This document shows positions 24,401 through 40,589 of a DNA stretch of 62,336 bases, piece after piece; position 1 is the first letter of the stretch, and every line of letters begins with the position of its first letter. The notes under the pieces were generated by a model that saw only the letters and a list, made by a program, of their open reading frames with translations, searched no databases and had not been told where the DNA came from. The DNA is from Gracilinanus agilis (Eukaryota). The translations under genes were made by a program, and so were the position numbers. Where the stretch lies: NCBI RefSeq assembly GCF_016433145.1, contig NC_058134.1, forward strand, positions 197,360,847 through 197,423,182, read 5' to 3'.

Positions 24401-27400
24401 GAGAATCTCTGAGATTCCATGGCTTGCGCTCTTATGTTGTGCACTATATATAGTAGGAACAAAGAGAAAATGATGGCTCCCAAAGCTCACTTGCCCATTC
24501 CCACTCCAGACAGACAAAACAATGACGGAGCTGGAGATAGATATGAACCAGCGGATTGGTGAATGGGAGCTGATCCAGGAGTCCAGCGTGCAGCTCAAAC
24601 CCCTCTATGGTCCCAGTTACACTGGCATCCGAAACTTAGGCAATAGTTGTTACCTCAACTCCGTGGTTCAAGTGCTCTTCAGCATCCCTGACTTCCAGAG
24701 GAAGTGAGTGTTTCCCTCCCCTAAGAACTTTATTTGGCCATTTTGCTTAAGGGCTCTGGACTTCAGTATCTCTCATCTTCCATTTCACAGCCTGCTTGAT
24801 TCTCTCCTTCTTCAGATTATCCTCAGCCCCCCTACCTCGATTTGCATTCTGTTCAAATCTCAGAATGATTCCTCAGAAGCTTACTGTGACTCTGCAGGCC
24901 CCAAGCATTATAAAGGGATAGAATTGAATAAGATGAGTAACAGTCCCCAAGCCCCTATGACCCCTCTGTATAATTCCCCTCTCTCTCAGGACCTAGATCT
25001 TGTGCTTAAGCAGAGAATCCATCTTTATTGGCCTTGTGTAGGATTTAGCCTAAAATTGGATTATCTGACAAACAAAGCCATTAGGCCAGAAAGGGCTGAG
25101 GGTTTGGGTTGCTATAAGATGAAATATTAAAACACTGCCAGGAATTTAGTCTAATTTGCTAAAGAGGATACACAATGAAAAACAGTTGGAAAACATTTAC
25201 AATGCAGCATACCAACAAATACAAATCAAGGTGGTACAAATTGTATATACAGATTGCCAATTCTAAACCCTCCTTTTCTCCTTTCTCTTTTGAAAGAGTT
25301 GCCAGAGAGTCACCTTGCATTGAGACTAGGAAGGCCCATCCTATCCTGTTAGGCAGTTTTTCTGGGCTCCAAAGTCCATTTTCACTTGGGGAGAGTTCCT
25401 TCTGAGTATCTCTTTCTATGGAATCCTCTTCTGGCTTTTTCTCTAACTCACTCGTAGCCACTGACTTTCCCCTTAGTCTTGTCTGGCCTGGAGAGTTATA
25501 AGCATTCTCTTGGCCCCTAGGTACGTGGACAAGTTGGAAAAGATCTTCCAGAATGCACCGTCGGACCCTACCCAGGACTTCAGCACCCAGGTGTATGTGG
25601 CTGAGCCCTGGGGTGGAAGAGATGGAAGGGCCTGGGGTTAGATTTTTGTCATGGCTCCTAGGGACTGAGTGGAATGGTGGGGATTGGGGGAGATGATGGG
25701 GCATCATTGTTTATTTGCCTCTTAGAGATGTTTCAAGTTGATAGAGTTCTTGATGAGACTAATAGCAAGGACCCAAGAGGAACCATAGCTTAGATTTACT
25801 TAGGACTTTGCAATTTGAAAAAATTTTCCTTAAAACATTCTAATGAATTGGGTGAGGCCGGGGTTATTATGCTCATTTTACAGCCTAGGGAGGTTAGTTG
25901 GATTGCCCAGGGTCACACAGCTTCTGAGATTGAAGTTGGAATTCATTCTGGCATCGTCTGGCTCTTAGGCCTGTTCTTTTTCCCATACCACTCTGCTTTT
26001 TGTAAAGTTTTTAGAACCCTGGAGTAAGGTGCCTAAGGAGAGGCTGTGTGTTGTATGTGTGACAGTTGGTGCCCATGGGCTGTGTGTTGAGTGTGACAGT
26101 TGGAGTCTGTGTTGACTCTTGGGCGTTATCACAGAGCCAAGTTGGGTCACGGCCTTCTCTCGGGAGAGTATTCCAAGCCAGCACCAGAATCTGGAGATGG
26201 GGAACAAGTGCCAGAGCAAAAGGTGAGTTTGGTTCTCTCCCTTGGAAGGAAGGGATGGTCTCTGGGAGATTCTTGGAGTGGAGAACTTTGAGCACCAACT
26301 GAGCTACTTTTCTACTCCCTTCAGGGAATTCAGGATGGCATTGCTCCTCGAATGTTCAAGTCCCTCATTGGCAAAGGCCACCCAGAGTTCTCTACCAACC
26401 GGCAGCAGGATGCCCAGGAGTTCTTCCTTCATTTTATAAATATGGTTGAGGTAAAAGAGGGACTCTTGACTAAGAGAAGGGAAGAGAATGAGCTGAGGGT
26501 GGGTAAAGCAGCCCTCCTCCAGGACTTAACTTCTTTTTCTGTCAGTCATCCTAACTCCCTTAACTTGGCAGTTCTCCCTGTGTCTAGAGCATCTGAGGAA
26601 TAGAGTGAAGGGATACATAGCCCCTGCTATCAGGGACATTACTGCCTAATTGGCAAGACATTTTACTTGCAGAGAAGCACAGGTGCCCCTCAGTGTTGGT
26701 GAGGTTTACTAGGGAAGGCCCCCCCCCCCCCACTTCACCCTTGTATCACTGAAGGCCTTGGTGGGCTTCCCTTTCCTCTCTAGGCCCTCATTCCCTATCT
26801 TGGATCCCTCAATCCTTCCTCCTCCCTGCCTTCCCATTTCCCTTCAGAGGAACTGCCGAAGCTCAGAAAACCCAAATGAGGTATTCCGATTCCTGGTGGA
26901 AGAGAAGATCAAGTGCCTGGCCACAGAGAAGGTCAAGTACACGCAGCGAGTGGACTATATTATGCAGCTGCCTGTACCCATGGATGCAGCCCTTAACAAA
27001 GGTTGGGAGAGCAATATGGATGAAGTAGCCCACTTGGACCCTACATGCCCCTGGGATGAGAGGAGGCAGTGATGTTAGGCGCACGTTTTGGGGCAGCTGA
27101 GGTGGGCAGGTAGTGATCTAAGGGTGGGGCCCCTTGGGGTCAGGCATGATTGACCTTCCTTAATCCTCTGTTCAGAGTCTGTTAGAAGGCAGGAAGGGTT
27201 TATGTGCCTTCATTTTTCTTCCCTACAGGGCCATTAAACTTTGGTGGAGAAGGGAGCCAGAGTAGGCTCTGGGAGGGACAGGCTAGGGGAGGGAAGTGTA
27301 AATGAGCTGACCAGAACAACTGACTTTGTGCCCCCAGAGGAGCTTTTGGAGTATGAGGAGAGGAAACGCCAAGCAGAAGAGGAGAAGCAGCCTCTGCCAG

Positions 27401-30400
27401 AGCTGGTTCGGGCCCAGGTGCCTTTTAGTTCCTGCCTGGAGGCCTTTGGAGCTCCTGAGCAGGTGGATGACTTCTGGAGCACAGCCCTGCAGGCTAAATC
27501 TGTGGCTGTCAAGTGAGTCTCATTTGCACCAGGCCCATGGATATAATGTTTAGAGTCTTGTTCCAGGGATCTCATTGTCCATGGCTGGTATTTCTGTTCA
27601 GAATCCATTGAGATTGGGAGTCTGTTCTAAGGCCCCAACATGAAGTGCCTTCATGCACACATATACACACCAGGTTGGGCTTTTTCGGTGTTTTCTGCAC
27701 TGCCTTCTCACAGATAGGAACCAGGCCAGGAGCTTTATCCCTACATTCTATCATGACATCTTTAATTCAGCCATATTGTTTGGGCTTGTGAAAAGAATTC
27801 AGGCTGCTGCAGGCTAGTACAATTTCAGACTGCTGTTGTTCCTACCCATTTATATTCACTGCTCATGTCCCTCCTTTAGGATTTTTCAGTTGCCTTTAGA
27901 AGCATGAGCAGCTTTCTTGAGGGGAGGCATTTTTGTAAGGCAGTAGCCTTCTTGACGAAGAACAACTGAATTTCAGAGAGGAATGTCTCAGGAATAGGAA
28001 AGGGAAAGCCTGGGATTCCTCATGTATAGAGCCTTTCTCTTACTTAGGACAACACGATTCGCCTCGTTCCCTGACTACCTGGTCATCCAGATCAAGAAGT
28101 TTACGTTTGGCTTGGACTGGGTGCCCAAAAAGCTAGGTATGTGGCCTTGTCCATCTTAGCCAATGAGTCCCTTTATTTTACTTAGCTCTACTCTGTTGAG
28201 AGAAAGGAGAAGGGCCTCAGGTGGTGGCGGCAAGTGACAACAATTTTTGTTTTTTAAAAAGTGCATGTAGAGGGGGCATCTGGGTAGCTCAGTGGATTGA
28301 GAACCAGGCCTAGAGACAGGAGGTCCTAGGTTCAAATCTGGCCTCAGACACTTCCCAGCTGTGTGACCCTGGGCAAGTCACTTGGCCCCCATTGCCTACC
28401 CTTACCACTCTTCTGCCTTGGAGCCAATACACAGTATTGACTCCAAGACAGAAGGTAAGGGTTAAAAAAAAAAAAGTGCATGTAGAACAACTAAAAAGAA
28501 TTTTTTAAAACTAGGGATGGAGGCTAGGTGATGGGATAGTGAGGGTTAAGAGAAAGTAAGGTTGTGATTGAGTTTTAAAACTTGAAAACATGTCTAGAGG
28601 AAGGCCATGGGAATGAAAGGCAGAGCCAAATTGAGATAAGAGAGACAGGCAGTTTTAAGGCACAAGAAGTGTGGGAGAGGGAGATAGGAAGACACATTAA
28701 GAAGATAGATTTAGGACTGGAAGGGACATTAAGAGATCATTAAATTGGGTAGCTCAGTGGATTGAGAGCCAGGCCTAGAGATGGGAGGTTAGGTTCAGAT
28801 CTGGCCTCAGACACTTCCTAGCTGTGTGACTCTGGGCAAGTCACTTGACCCACATTGCCTAGCCCTGTAACAAATTAAAAAAAAAATAATATAGAAGGAT
28901 ATATAAAAATATTAGGATTTAAAAAAAAAGAGAGAGAGATCATTAAATCCACCCCGTCATTTTATAGATGAGGAAACTTGATTAGAGATAGAAAGGGGTG
29001 TGCTCAGGTTCACAAATAGTAAGTAGCACAATTGAGATTTGAATTCAGATCTTGTGATGCCAAACATAGCTTTTTCCATTCCTCCCTGATGCCTGTCTCA
29101 TAATGTTGACTTAAAAACATTCAGTAGAGAGCACCAGGCCCGGAGTTGGGAGGGACCTGGGTTCAAATCTGGTCTCAGGTACATCCTAACTGGGCAAGTG
29201 GCTTAGCCTTTATTGCTCTTCTGGGTTAGAATTGATACCAAAATAGAAAGGGTTTAAACAAATTCTTGTGAAAAGTCAGCTGTGTTGAAGGAAAGGTTCA
29301 GAAGTTCCTGCTGGACAAAGCAGAAGGAGGGTTTTGTGAGGAATGGTTGGAGGTTCTGGGAGGTATTAGATATCTAAAGAGCTATTATATAGAAAGAGAA
29401 TTAAATGTAGCTGGGTAGCTCCAGAAGGCAGAATTATTCTCAGTAGGTGGAAATTCTAGGGAAGCAGGTAAAGGGAGATTTCCCAACCTTTGTTGAGGCC
29501 AGGCACTCTCTTGTCTCTGCAAGTGTCTAGGCATTATGGAATGGTTTAATCAGAGAACCTCAAAGGTCCTTTCTAATGCTTAGGATTATATGGTTCTAGT
29601 CCAGATTTCTCATTTTACAGATTATCTTTTCTCTGAGGGTCAGTCCCCAAAAGTAGCTGTCATTTAGTGAAAGAACCAAGAGGAGAATTTGGGGTTCCTG
29701 ACTCGAGGGTTTTTTCTACAATGTTGTGCTATTCCACTTTGATTTAGTCCTTGCCTAAAAGTAGTTCCAGTGTTTGAGTAAATGCCGGGTCCCCCTCAGA
29801 GGACTTGTTGAGGTTAAACTGCTGGGAGCTCTGAAGTCACCTACCCGCTATGTGGTTCCAGATGTATCTATCGAGATGCCTGAGGAGCTGGATATCTCAC
29901 AGCTTCGGGGGGCAGGGCTGCAGCCTGGAGAGGAGGAGCTCCCTGACATTGCTCCACCCCTGGTCACCCCAGATGAACCCAAAGGTAGCCTTGGTTTCTA
30001 TGGAAACGAAGATGAAGACTCCTTCTGCTCCCCTCACTTCTCCTCTCCGACATGTTAGTGACTCTTCTTCCTGCCTGCCTTCTTGACCTTGCTAACGGTT
30101 GGGGAAGGGAGGCTGCACCTTGCCCCCTCCCTGGCCCTTTCTTCCTCTCTGTACTTTGCCTGTCGGTCCTCCCTTTTGCATTCCCCTTTTCCTATGTGTT
30201 AGAGAACCCCTTCCCACAGTTTTTGTTTGGGGAAGTAGGGATACTCCTCTGGGTGGATGGAAGGGGGTCTTGTTAGTTGTGCGCGCACCCAGTATCTCTG
30301 CCTCAAGGCAGTAGGAGGAGGTAGCTGTGGTTCAGGAATGGGATGGGAGTCACCTCGATTTGTTTGTTGGGCATATTGAACCCATAGTAGGTTGGTGAGA

Positions 30401-32392
30401 AAGTCTGGGAATATGTGCAGCGGAAGGGAGGGGTTAAAAGAATGGGGGGAAGGCCTGGGAGGAAGGATGGAGGGAAGGCAGTGTTCAGGGAGCTGGATGA
30501 CACCTGTCTATGCCCCACCCCCTACAGCACCCATGTTGGATGAATCTGTCATCATTCAGCTGGTGGAGATGGGCTTCCCCATGGATGCCTGCCGCAAAGC
30601 TGTCTACTACACTGGCAACAGTGGGGCTGAAGCTGCTATGAACTGGGTCATGTCTCATATGGATGATCCAGGTATAAAGGAGGGTGTGAGAAAGTGGGGG
30701 GTCAAGGGGCAGGGATTCTTGACCCATTCCACCTATCAACACTCCACCCACCTGCAGACTTTGCAAACCCACTTGTCCTGCCTGGCTCCAGTGGTCCTGG
30801 CTCCACCAGCACCGTGGCTGACCCCCCATCAGAAGACTGCGTGGCTACTATTGTCTCCATGGGCTTCTCCCGGGACCAGGCCATGAAAGCACTTCGGGCT
30901 ACGGTAGAGGCTGTGTGGGCTGGGAGGGTGGAGGAGGGGGAAAGAGGCAGTGTGGGAAGGGAGATTACACAGTGGGTGAAAGGAAAGCTCTTTGTACCAA
31001 GGGAATTCTTGGAGCTTTCCCTGTCTTGTCAGTGTTCCTGCCTCACTTGCAATCCTTGCCATGTAATTTTGGTGGGGGAAAAAAAACACCTTACCTTTCC
31101 TCTTTCCCAGAACAACAATCTTGAACGGGCCGTGGATTGGATTTTTAGCCACATCGATGACCTGGACGCAGAGGCTGCTATGGACATTTCAGAGGGGCGC
31201 TCAGCTGCAGATTCCATCTCTGAATCTGTGCCTGTGGGGCCCAAAGTCCGAGATGGTCCTGGAAGTGAGTCTCTCTGAGGAAAGGGGCCCTGTTGCTTGT
31301 CTCAGAACAGTCCCTAGTGTCTACCCTAGACCTCCCCACTAGAAACTCGACCTTTTATTGGGGCTAAAAGCTCCTTCTGTTGTCTGTCTTTAAGATTGGG
31401 AGTGGATGGCTTGGAAGCTAATTTAATACCATGGTCTGTGACATACTCGCCTATAAATCATGTCTTGATTTTCAGTCTTTTGGGTGGGTCATAAGAAACA
31501 GAAAATTTGTTGGGGTCTTAGGGAGTGTGACTCAGATTCCTCCCTTATTCCTCCTGATTCTTTCCTCAAATTTTTCTTTCCTAGAATATCAGCTCTTTGC
31601 CTTCATCAGTCACATGGGTACCTCTACCATGTGTGGTCACTATGTCTGCCATATCAAGAAAGAGGGCAGGTAAGAAACTAATTGGGGGTAAGGGCAAAGG
31701 TGGTTTGGAAAAAGAAAAAGGGGGCGGGTCATCATTTATTTGGGTGGAAGGAGGGAAAATTGATAATGCTAGAGCTGGAAGAAAACCCTAAAAATAAAAA
31801 GAGTATCAATGAAACACTCAGAAGTGCACTAGTGAATGTTCAGGAGATGCTGAAGCTGGGGAGTTTTGTTACTATTGTGTAAGATGTCAATAAGTACACA
31901 ATTTCATATTCAGTCCTCCTCTTTGAACAGAAATGGTCATTTAGTGTTTTCTTTTTTAACTGATCATAATAAAAGGGGGAGAGGAGAAATAGGGAGTTTG
32001 GAATTATTGGAAAATTCCATGGCTGAAAGGTCATTGTATGGGAGAGCCAGGAGTGGAAGGTTATGTCTAAAGCAGGAGTGCCTTGAAATGCCATCTGTGG
32101 GTCCTGGCTGTGGAGCTGTGGTTGCTGGAAATAGTCATATCTGGCCATAGGCTGGGGCTGAGGCACAGAAAGTTGGGGATTACTATACCAGCTCTCTAGG
32201 CTCATTTCTTAGTCATTCCTCCAAGTGGCACAGAAATGTCATTGGTGCAGCAAAAAACCCAGTTCACCCATCTTCTCCTCTTCCTTCCTTGCCTGCAGGT
32301 GGGTTATCTACAATGATCAGAAAGTATGTGCCTCGGAGAAGCCACCCAAGGACCTGGGCTATATTTACTTCTACCAGAGAGTGACCAGCTAA
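18027..32392 (+). CDS. USP5: Ubiquitin carboxyl-terminal hydrolase 5 (isopeptidase T), 857 aa long isoform
   Basis: 20 exons: 18027-18137, 21920-22045, 22291-22357, 22550-22680, 22840-22985, 23273-23457, 24017-24111, 24510-24703, 25521-25592, 26135-26222, 26325-26450, 26848-27001, 27338-27512, 28048-28136, 29862-30053 (alt donor 29984), 30528-30671, 30758-30903, 31111-31264, 31585-31669, 32299-32392; total 2574 nt. ZnF-UBP, Cys box GNSCY, two UBA domains (MGF), His box CGHY. Confidence 0.98.
20400..21700 (-). mobile_element. Old degraded L1 fragment(s) in USP5 intron 1
   Basis: AT-rich; minus translation [14 protein letters not shown] resembles the L1 ORF2 PFDPAIPLLGIYPK segment. Confidence 0.45.
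28273..28474 (+). mobile_element. Young full-length SINE1_Mdo
   Basis: TSD aaaaagtgcatgtaga on both sides; further SINE pieces at 28745-28865 and 29125-29260. Confidence 0.92.
29380..29590 (+). mobile_element. L3/CR1 3' fragment
   Basis: Ends ...aaggtcctttctaatgcttaggattatatggttct, similar to the L3 3' end. Confidence 0.5.
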
Positions 32393-32722
32393 GAGCCTGC
32401 ACTCTGCCTCACCTCTTCCTGAAAGTGGGGGCCACGCAGTGGTGGCACCACAGACCAACTGGCATGAGGAGGGGCTGGACAGAGAAAGGAAACCCAGTTC
32501 TCCTCCTCGATTCCCTTCTCTTCCTATCCCTTATAGCACGCTTGAGGCAGGCCTTGAGGGACTGGCTGAGTTAAGGGGAGAGCTGGAATGCAGGGGTCAC
32601 CCCTCCAGACTGAGGGGGGAGGGGGAGGGGGGATGGACCTTCCTTCTGTAATGAGATCTCCTCAGTTCCCCATCCTTCTTCCACACCCTTTTCCACTCTG
32701 CTTTTGATTCTCAGTGTAACCT

Positions 32723-32873
32723 NNNNNNNNNNNNNNNNNNNNNNNNNNNNNNNNNNNNNNNNNNNNNNNNNNNNNNNNNNNNNNNNNNNNNNNNNNNNNN
32801 NNNNNNNNNNNNNNNNNNNNNNNNNNNNNNNNNNNNNNNNNNNNNNNNNNNNNNNNNNNNNNNNNNNNNNNNN
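32723..32873. other. Assembly gap (151 N) in the USP5 3' UTR
   Basis: Direct reading. Confidence 1.
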
Positions 32874-33114
32874 AGTGCGGGTGGAAGAGAGTACATGTGT
32901 GAGTGTGAGTGCACCACGGTTTAGGGATGGGGCAATTCTTTGTCTCTCTCTTTGCCCCTCCCCCCCCCATTTCCCCTTATTCCATCTTTGTGTACCTTCC
33001 CTTATGGGTGGGGTAAGGAAAAGTGGGGGGATGTTGGGGAGTTCTCCCCATCCCTGTGCTACTGGTCTTTTCCCACACACCTCTCCTCTAGAAAATGCCA
33101 AAACACCAGATGTG

Positions 33115-33120
33115 AATAAA
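33115..33120 (+). terminator. AATAAA, USP5 poly(A) signal
   Basis: Canonical hexamer ~720 nt after the USP5 stop. Confidence 0.75.
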
Positions 33121-33899
33121 AGTCTAAAGGGTGACATGTGTATGGTGACATCCATTTGGAACTGACTTCTTGCCATCTTCTCTAGCCCCCAAGAATGAGG
33201 CCCTCGTAGGGAAGGGCCTCCTCCCCTTACCATCCATGTCATGCTGGCTTCAGTTGTCCAGATGTCCAGCAGGCTCTTGGGTGAAGATTGCCAGCCCCAT
33301 TCCACAGAGAGCACACTCCATTAGAATTCCTTCATGCCATGGGATCCAAGTAGGGTCTGGTGGGGGAAGCTAGAGGACCAGTAGGCCCAAGGACCAAAGC
33401 TACTTTGCCTGAGATCCTGCTGAGCCCCCAGCATCCCATTACTAAGGTGAGGCCCAGCAGCATCCTTCCCTCCAGGCCTTTGTTGCCTGGCACCCTTTAT
33501 ATGGTCTGCTGGTGAGGGCAGAGCTGAGATTGGCCATGTACTAGCTAGAGGAAGGAGCTATGGCAGACCTGCTCCCAGCTATTAGGTCCCAGGAATTGAC
33601 TGAGCAGAATCTGGCATTCTAGGAACTGAGTCATCTTAACCCCTTGAAAGTTAACATCCAATTTCTACAAGCTTTTGCCAGCCTTCAAGGGGGAAATCCC
33701 CTTTCCCAAGGGTGTCACCAACTGAGGAGGAAGTAGTTTAATTCTGCCCCCTGACCCTCAGCTGACATTGCAAAGATGCAGGTGGAATGGAATGTGACGG
33801 TGGGTAAGTCACCTCACCTCTCCTGGCCTCGGTTTACTCTCCTGCAAAATGGGGTTGTACTAGACAAGTTCCAAAATCCCATTTTGCCCCTGCCCTATC

Positions 33900-37034
<3,135 letters not shown>

Positions 37035-37265
37035 GCCTTGTGGCCCACTCCCTCCCTGCTGAGTGGGGACTGGGCAGAACCAGCCTGGCTCCCCCTCCCC
37101 CTCCCATGTGATTGTGATGCTGCCCCCCACGGTCAGTCCAAGCTGCACCTTCCTCAGCCCAGGGCACCGTGTGCCCCGGCTCTCAGCTCCTTGGCTCTTC
37201 TTCTGTGGACCAGGCCTTTCTCCACTTACTGTAAATTTGAAGGAAGCACGCGGTGTTTGTGGCTT

Positions 37266-37271
37266 TTTATT
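37266..37271 (-). terminator. AATAAA, SPSB2 poly(A) signal
   Basis: tttatt on the + strand, ~270 nt after the SPSB2 stop. Confidence 0.75.
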
Positions 37272-37542
37272 GGCTGGGGTGGAAAGGGAATGGGTGTGTC
37301 TGGGTGCTCTGGCTCCCTTTCTCCTTCCGTCTCCTTCCTGTTTCTCAGCCTCCAGCCAGAGTTGGTGGGGTGGTGGGGATGGGGTACCAGCCTTCTGCCA
37401 GCATGGCCCTCCAAGCAGGCCCGTTCCCTGGCAGTGCTCTTCTCTTCCTGCTCTGCAGACCCTCGGTGGTCCCTGTTGTCATCGACAGACAAACAAGCTG
37501 TGGCCTGGGGCTGGGCTGGTCCATCAAATGTTCGACAAGGGG

Positions 37543-39112
37543 TCACTGGTAGAGTACATACCGTTTCATGGCAGGAGGCAAGGGGAGAGTGGAAACCTCA
37601 CCCAGCCGCCCTTCCCCAAGAATGGCCCGAATGCACAGCCGGCTCAGGTGGAGGAGGGAGTGAGGCTCTGCTGCAGAGACAAGAGGAGGAGCATTACGGG
37701 GGTCCCTGCTGGCCCAGCCCCCCTCTGGGCTTGCCCAGCCTTGCTTTAATCCAGCCCAGTGTGTTGGGAGTGTTGACTGCTACCCTGGAAAGGGCTCTTA
37801 AAGCCTGGCAGCTGGTGCTATCCAGACAGGCCCAGGGCAGAATCCTGAATGGCAGTCCAGCACCACTCTGCTATGACCTGGGTGGCCTAGGAGACTCTCA
37901 GCTCAGGCCAGAGCCTCAGACCTCACCCCACCAGGCCACATTACTCCCCTGCACCCAGGTCCCTGGCCTTTGGGTGCCCAGGTTCCACTTATTTATTAAA
38001 GAGTTTTAAGGAATTCAAGTGAAGGCCAGTCCCTGACCCTACTAGCCTGAGTGTTTTTAGGTCTTTTCCTTCATGATTTCACATTTAACTCCTCTTGCTT
38101 TAGCTTCCAGTAGGCTGACCCCTAAAACCCCCCTGCCCTGGTGGCAGTTGTTCAGGCAGTGTCTACACTTCATGACCCCATTTGGGTTTTTTTTGGCAGA
38201 TACTGGAGTGGTTTTGCCATTTCCTTCTGCAGGTTTTTCTACAGATAAGGAAATTGAGGCAGACAGGTTAAGAGATTTTCCCAGGGCCACACAGCTAGGC
38301 AGTGTCTGAAGCCAGATCTGACCTGGGGAAGATTGGTCTTCCTGCCTAGACTTTTCCCCCCCCAAATAGAAAACAGATGGGGGCTTCAGCTGCCTGAGCC
38401 CTACAAGTTTAGCTCCTCCAAGTTTGGCACCCCCCAGCTCACCTCTCCTCTCTCCGAGGTAGCGGATGCGGACCTGGCACTGTCCCCACACAGCACTGAC
38501 AGCAGGGTACAGGGTCCTTCCTTTAAGGCCCCTGAAGGCAGGCCCCAGGTAGGTCCCTCCAACAGCGAACCCCAGGGTTCCTTCCTCCATGTCCAGGATC
38601 ACCAGCAGCGTCTCTGGGACTTCCAGAGGCTCATCCCCAAGCCCTGTGGGGTACCGGGTGGTTTTGCTGCCCTTGCTTTGGTGATAGAGCCTCCCTCGGC
38701 CGATATCCCAGCCCCAAGACTCCTCGTCGCTGCCCAGTAGGGCTGCATAACGGTCAGCCCGCAGCGGGGCCAGAGCTGTGGCCACCCCCACCACAGCGTG
38801 GGTGCCCCTCTGCTCAGGCGGCCAGCCAATCTCCCAGGCGTGCAGGCCCCTGGAGTAGCCTCTCTTGCCCCGGGCCCCGTCCGTGCTCTGAGCCACGGGC
38901 CTTCGCTCAAAGCTCAGCCCCTCTTCCTTGACTTCGATGTTCTCTGAGCAGTCCTTGGGGTTCCAGCCGTGGCATCGCTGCAGGCTCGGATCTGCAGGCG
39001 GGGCTGACAGCAGCTCCTCCAGCCCCTCCGGGAAAGACGGATCTTGATAGGAGGCGGCTGGGGAAGGGGTGCTGCCCGTCCCACTGTCCCCAGCCAGGGC
39101 AGTCTGGCCCAT
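37543..39112 (-). CDS. SPSB2: SPRY domain-containing SOCS box protein 2, 265 aa
   Basis: Coding exons complement(38443-39112, 37543-37670); total 798 nt. MGQTALAG..., SPRY domain [12 protein letters not shown]...[14 protein letters not shown] box [14 protein letters not shown]...[14 protein letters not shown]. Confidence 0.97.
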
Positions 39113-39249
39113 AGGAGGGGGCTAGGACAATCCCCTGGGCGTGCCTCTGCAGAGGGGCGGCCAGAAAAGGGATAAGAGAGTGGTTTCCACTCACTGCTGC
39201 TAGAGAAGAGCTTCACCTGGGGAGAGAAGAATAGTGGGACATCATGCTG

Positions 39250-40520
39250 GAGGAGCCGGAGCCTCGCAGATAGAAGTGCCCCCCCCCCCCCAAGCCGGTC
39301 CTTACCTTCTCCCCCAGTTTTCCCCACTGTCTGCACCCGGTGCTTCCCTTCCTCCCTGGTCCCGTTCTTTGTTTCCTTCTATCTGGGATAGATTCTTCTA
39401 TCCTTCACCCCGCCGGCGGCCGCCCCCACAGGGTCTCTCAATCCCTGCCACAAGGCCGCCTCCATAAACTGACTCCTTGTACTGAAAAGAGCACTTTGTT
39501 TCGAAAGTTCGAAGCTGTGAGTTCGAATTCCCAACTCTGCGGCTTATTACCTGTAGCCTTTGGGCCAGTCACTTTCCCTTGGACCTCAGTTTCCTCATCT
39601 GTAAAATGAAAGGATCCAACTAGATCCTAAAGCCAAAGATCCCGCAGTTCCTTCCGGAGAAATCCGATCCCCGACAGCTTCAGCTCCTCTCAGCTTCCGC
39701 CTCCTACGCTGGACCCCGCCTCTCTCCCCCTAACTCCGCCCCAGGCCTCGGACTGGAGCGTCCAAAAAGGGGGTGCGGGTGAGAGGGGTAGTAGGCGCTT
39801 GACCCCAGGAGCAAGAAACTTCCTAGGATTAGGACTTGGCGTCTAAAGGACCCTCCATTTTGCGGAGCAGAAAACCAAGGTTCCAAGAAGTGAACTCGCT
39901 AAGGGTCTCCCGGAGCACAGGCTCAATTCCAACCCAAGTCCTGAACTTTAATGTCAGTGTGATCTCTCTCCTACACTGCCCACGTCCTCGTGGGTCTAGA
40001 CTCGGACTTAACCTTTTGCAGGCAGTCACTGCTTTAGGAGTCCGGGGCACGATAGAAAGGGAGTAGAAGCGAGGCCTCTCTTGTCCCGCTTGTTTGTGCT
40101 TGCACTGGTTAGGGCTAAAATGTACTGGCAGCCCCGGCTTAGATGGCACGGGGGAAGTAGGGGCTGCGTGTGCGCGCGCACCCACAAGGAAGCCCCTTCT
40201 TGCCTCGGAAGAATGAATGACTGTTCCCGCCCAGTCGCATAACCAGGATTCTGTCCTCCCGCCGCTCTCACGTGAGGTGGGCGGGGAGTCCGCTGCCTGC
40301 ACCACTCTCTGCGTGCCCCGGCAGAGCCAGGGAATGGTAGCCGGGGCGGGCGGGGCGCGCCTCGGCACCCCCTGGTGGCCGACGAATGATGCTACACTTT
40401 TCAGCTCTGTTCTGGAGCTGGATCCTGGAAAACTGAGCTCCGGCCCCCGGGGCTCCTCGGAGGCATTCTCCCTCAGGCTCCGGGGGGCGGCAAATGGGGG
40501 CAGAATCCCTTAGGGATGGG
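39250..40520. promoter_or_regulatory. SPSB2 CpG-island promoter with E-box, GC boxes, NRF1-like and CTCF motifs
   Basis: tgcgcgcgca at about 40171; tcacgtga at about 40268; GC boxes; CTCF-like gcaccccctggtggcc at 40365-40380; probable exon-1 donor at about 39305. Confidence 0.75.
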
Positions 40521-40589
40521 CTCAGCCGTCATCACATTCTTCCTGCTGGTGGGAAGGACTTCAGAGACAATCTAGTAAGTCAGAAAAGA

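Noticed and set aside
32571-33314. Long ORFs spanning 32723-32873
   Set aside because: Artefacts of translating through the N gap
37038-38009. 323-aa and 228-aa plus-strand ORFs after TPI1
   Set aside because: GC-rich UTR sequence and antisense of SPSB2; low-complexity translation, no domain
38057-38442. 351-aa single-exon SPSB2 with a novel C-terminus
   Set aside because: Read-through past a canonical donor (aga g|gtgagc at 38443) into intron and SINE sequence; the spliced SOCS-box exon is intact
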